The notes under the pieces are model-generated. The model was not told the DNA's origin and ran no database searches. It saw only the letters and a list, made by a program, of their open reading frames with translations. A DNA stretch of 60,481 nt from a plasmid, in sequence record NZ_CP024182.1; one strand, written 5' to 3'. How positions within the stretch are numbered: position 1 is the stretch's first letter; the number at the start of each line of letters is the position of its first letter. This document shows, in pieces, positions 59,742 through 60,481 of the stretch. Both the position numbers and the translations under genes were made by a program.

Positions 59742-59945
59742 TTAATCGTCTGAGATGATGAACAGATCGTTTGGCGTGCAATCAAGTAGCTTACATAGCT
59801 TTTCAATGGAATCAAAATCAATACGAGTGGCTTCATTGTTATAAAGTCGATATAGAGTTGAGCGAGCCAAATTAGTTCGTTTTTCTGCATCGCTCACTCG
59901 CATTCCTTTTTGAGCAAATAATACGGGTAAGTTAAGTTTTAACAT
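59742..59945 (-). CDS. XRE-family HTH transcriptional regulator (67 aa)
   Basis: MRVSDAEKRTNLARSTLYRLYNNE is a Cro/C1-type HTH. It lies directly downstream of rep, a pairing common with Rep_3 genes. Confidence 0.7.
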   Translation of the reverse strand: MLKLNLPVLFAQKGMRVSDAEKRTNLARSTLYRLYNNEATRIDFDSIEKLCKLLDCTPNDLFIISDD

Positions 59946-60152
59946 AAAATTCCTATATGTAGATAAAAATTTATTGCAAGTAGAAAATAATTCGGGTAAT
60001 ATGTCCTACATATAGAAAATATTTTTCTTTAAGTAGAAATTATATTTTTATATATAGGTAATGAATTGGCATTATTTTAACATATTTTGTGGTAGGACAG
60101 TCGCAACTTTGAATATTCTTTCAATCATGGATTAAATCATAAGGAGTTTTTC

Positions 60153-60431
60153 ATGCTAGGTGTCAATGCAAAACATTTAAACAAAATGTTAAAAGCCCAA
60201 AAACAAATCAGCCAACAAGCTAATCGCTTATCTAACCGATTAATCAGAGAGTTAGAAGTGCAAAATGGCTTTGGTCTTGCAAACTTTTTAGAAGTTGATA
60301 GCAATTTCGATAATTTTACCGCTATTCGAGCTTGGGTACAAAGACAGATGAATAAGGGTTTTGGTAATGATTCGCTAGATTTTGACGAGTTGAAGCGCCA
60401 ACTTTTTGAATTAATACCTGAAGGGACATAA
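60153..60431 (+). CDS. Hypothetical protein (92 aa)
   Basis: ORF with the RBS aaggag located 7 bp upstream. No recognisable motif. Confidence 0.4.
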   Translation: MLGVNAKHLNKMLKAQKQISQQANRLSNRLIRELEVQNGFGLANFLEVDSNFDNFTAIRAWVQRQMNKGFGNDSLDFDELKRQLFELIPEGT

Positions 60432-60448
60432 ATCAAAATTCATTTTAA

Positions 60449-60481
60449 AATTTATAATACCTGTATTTTAATCTTTAAATA
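60449..60481. promoter_or_regulatory. Inverted copy and split copy of the AAATACAGGTATTT motif upstream of parA (candidate centromere repeats)
   Basis: taatacctgtatttta lies at 60449-60466. The final aaata plus window positions 1-10 (caggtatttt) reconstitute aaatacaggtatttt, so the two copies form a larger palindrome across the junction. Confidence 0.45.

Noticed and set aside
1-60481. CRISPR arrays, tRNA/rRNA genes, pdif (XerC/XerD) module boundaries
   Set aside because: I saw no direct-repeat/spacer architecture other than the iterons and the TP repeat. I saw no cloverleaf-like or rRNA-like stretches. I looked for the Acinetobacter pdif core (…TTATGTTAAT… with an 11-6-11 layout) and found no convincing match by eye, although an automated scan would be needed to exclude them.

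Overview
The window reads as a mosaic, low-GC (about 40%) plasmid of a Moraxellaceae/Acinetobacter-type bacterium, and it is probably the complete circular replicon. Joining the window end (…aaata) to its start (caggtatttt…) completes a third copy of the palindromic motif AAATACAGGTATTT, which also occurs intact at 1118-1135 and inverted at 60449-60466. Going around the circle, the backbone and cargo are as follows.

- **Partition and replication:** A type-Ib partition pair (small ParA plus an RHH ParG-like partner) sits at 101-1087 between the candidate centromere repeats. A Rep_3-type replication initiator (58546-59649) is preceded by about 4.5 iterons of 22 bp and followed by an XRE-type HTH gene.
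- **Solo Tn3-family end with toxin-antitoxin:** A solo 38-bp Tn3-family terminal repeat is followed by a res-like region and a serine resolvase (1460-2296), then a BrnT/BrnA toxin-antitoxin pair.
- **Siderophore locus (3.3-20.9 kb, all minus strand):** This Fur-box-controlled locus encodes a hydroxamate/citrate-type (NIS) siderophore system. It has three IucA/IucC synthetases, an IucD-like N-monooxygenase, an IucB-like acyltransferase, an MFS exporter, an RraA-family protein and a TonB-dependent receptor. It also has a siderophore-interacting reductase and a FhuBCD-like ABC importer.
- **IS3 copies and their cargo:** Two directly oriented IS3-family copies (21182-22590 and 29766-31161) bracket a lipoprotein alkyl-sulfatase and an intact minimal Tn3-family transposon (25325-29305). 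The transposon carries tnpA and tnpR, has perfect 38-bp inverted repeats and a TAATA target duplication, and interrupted a small ORF on insertion.
- **AT-rich island:** An uncharacterised 4-gene operon (31371-33792) encodes an AAA+ ATPase and three small proteins, two of them membrane proteins.
- **Nested IS elements:** An IS150-like IS3 element is truncated by an IS5-family insertion.
- **Metabolic genes:** These comprise a frameshifted Asp/Glu racemase, a long-form LeuA, an AraC regulator and a PhzF-family protein.
- **Autotransporter:** A 1101-aa autotransporter contains a perfect 77-unit ACGCCA tandem repeat encoding (TP)n.
- **Mobilisation region:** A 2OG-Fe(II) oxygenase is followed by a ColE1-type (MbeC/MbeA, HEN-motif relaxase) mobilisation region. 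Inside the relaxase gene a second reading frame stays open for about 1.5 kb, giving MbeB-like nested ORFs. A hairpin-rich oriT candidate lies nearby.
- **Defence island:** A type I restriction-modification locus (hsdM, an embedded Abi_2-family gene, hsdS, hsdR).

I saw no rRNA, tRNA or CRISPR array. All calls rest on reading the sequence and the supplied translations; no database search was possible.
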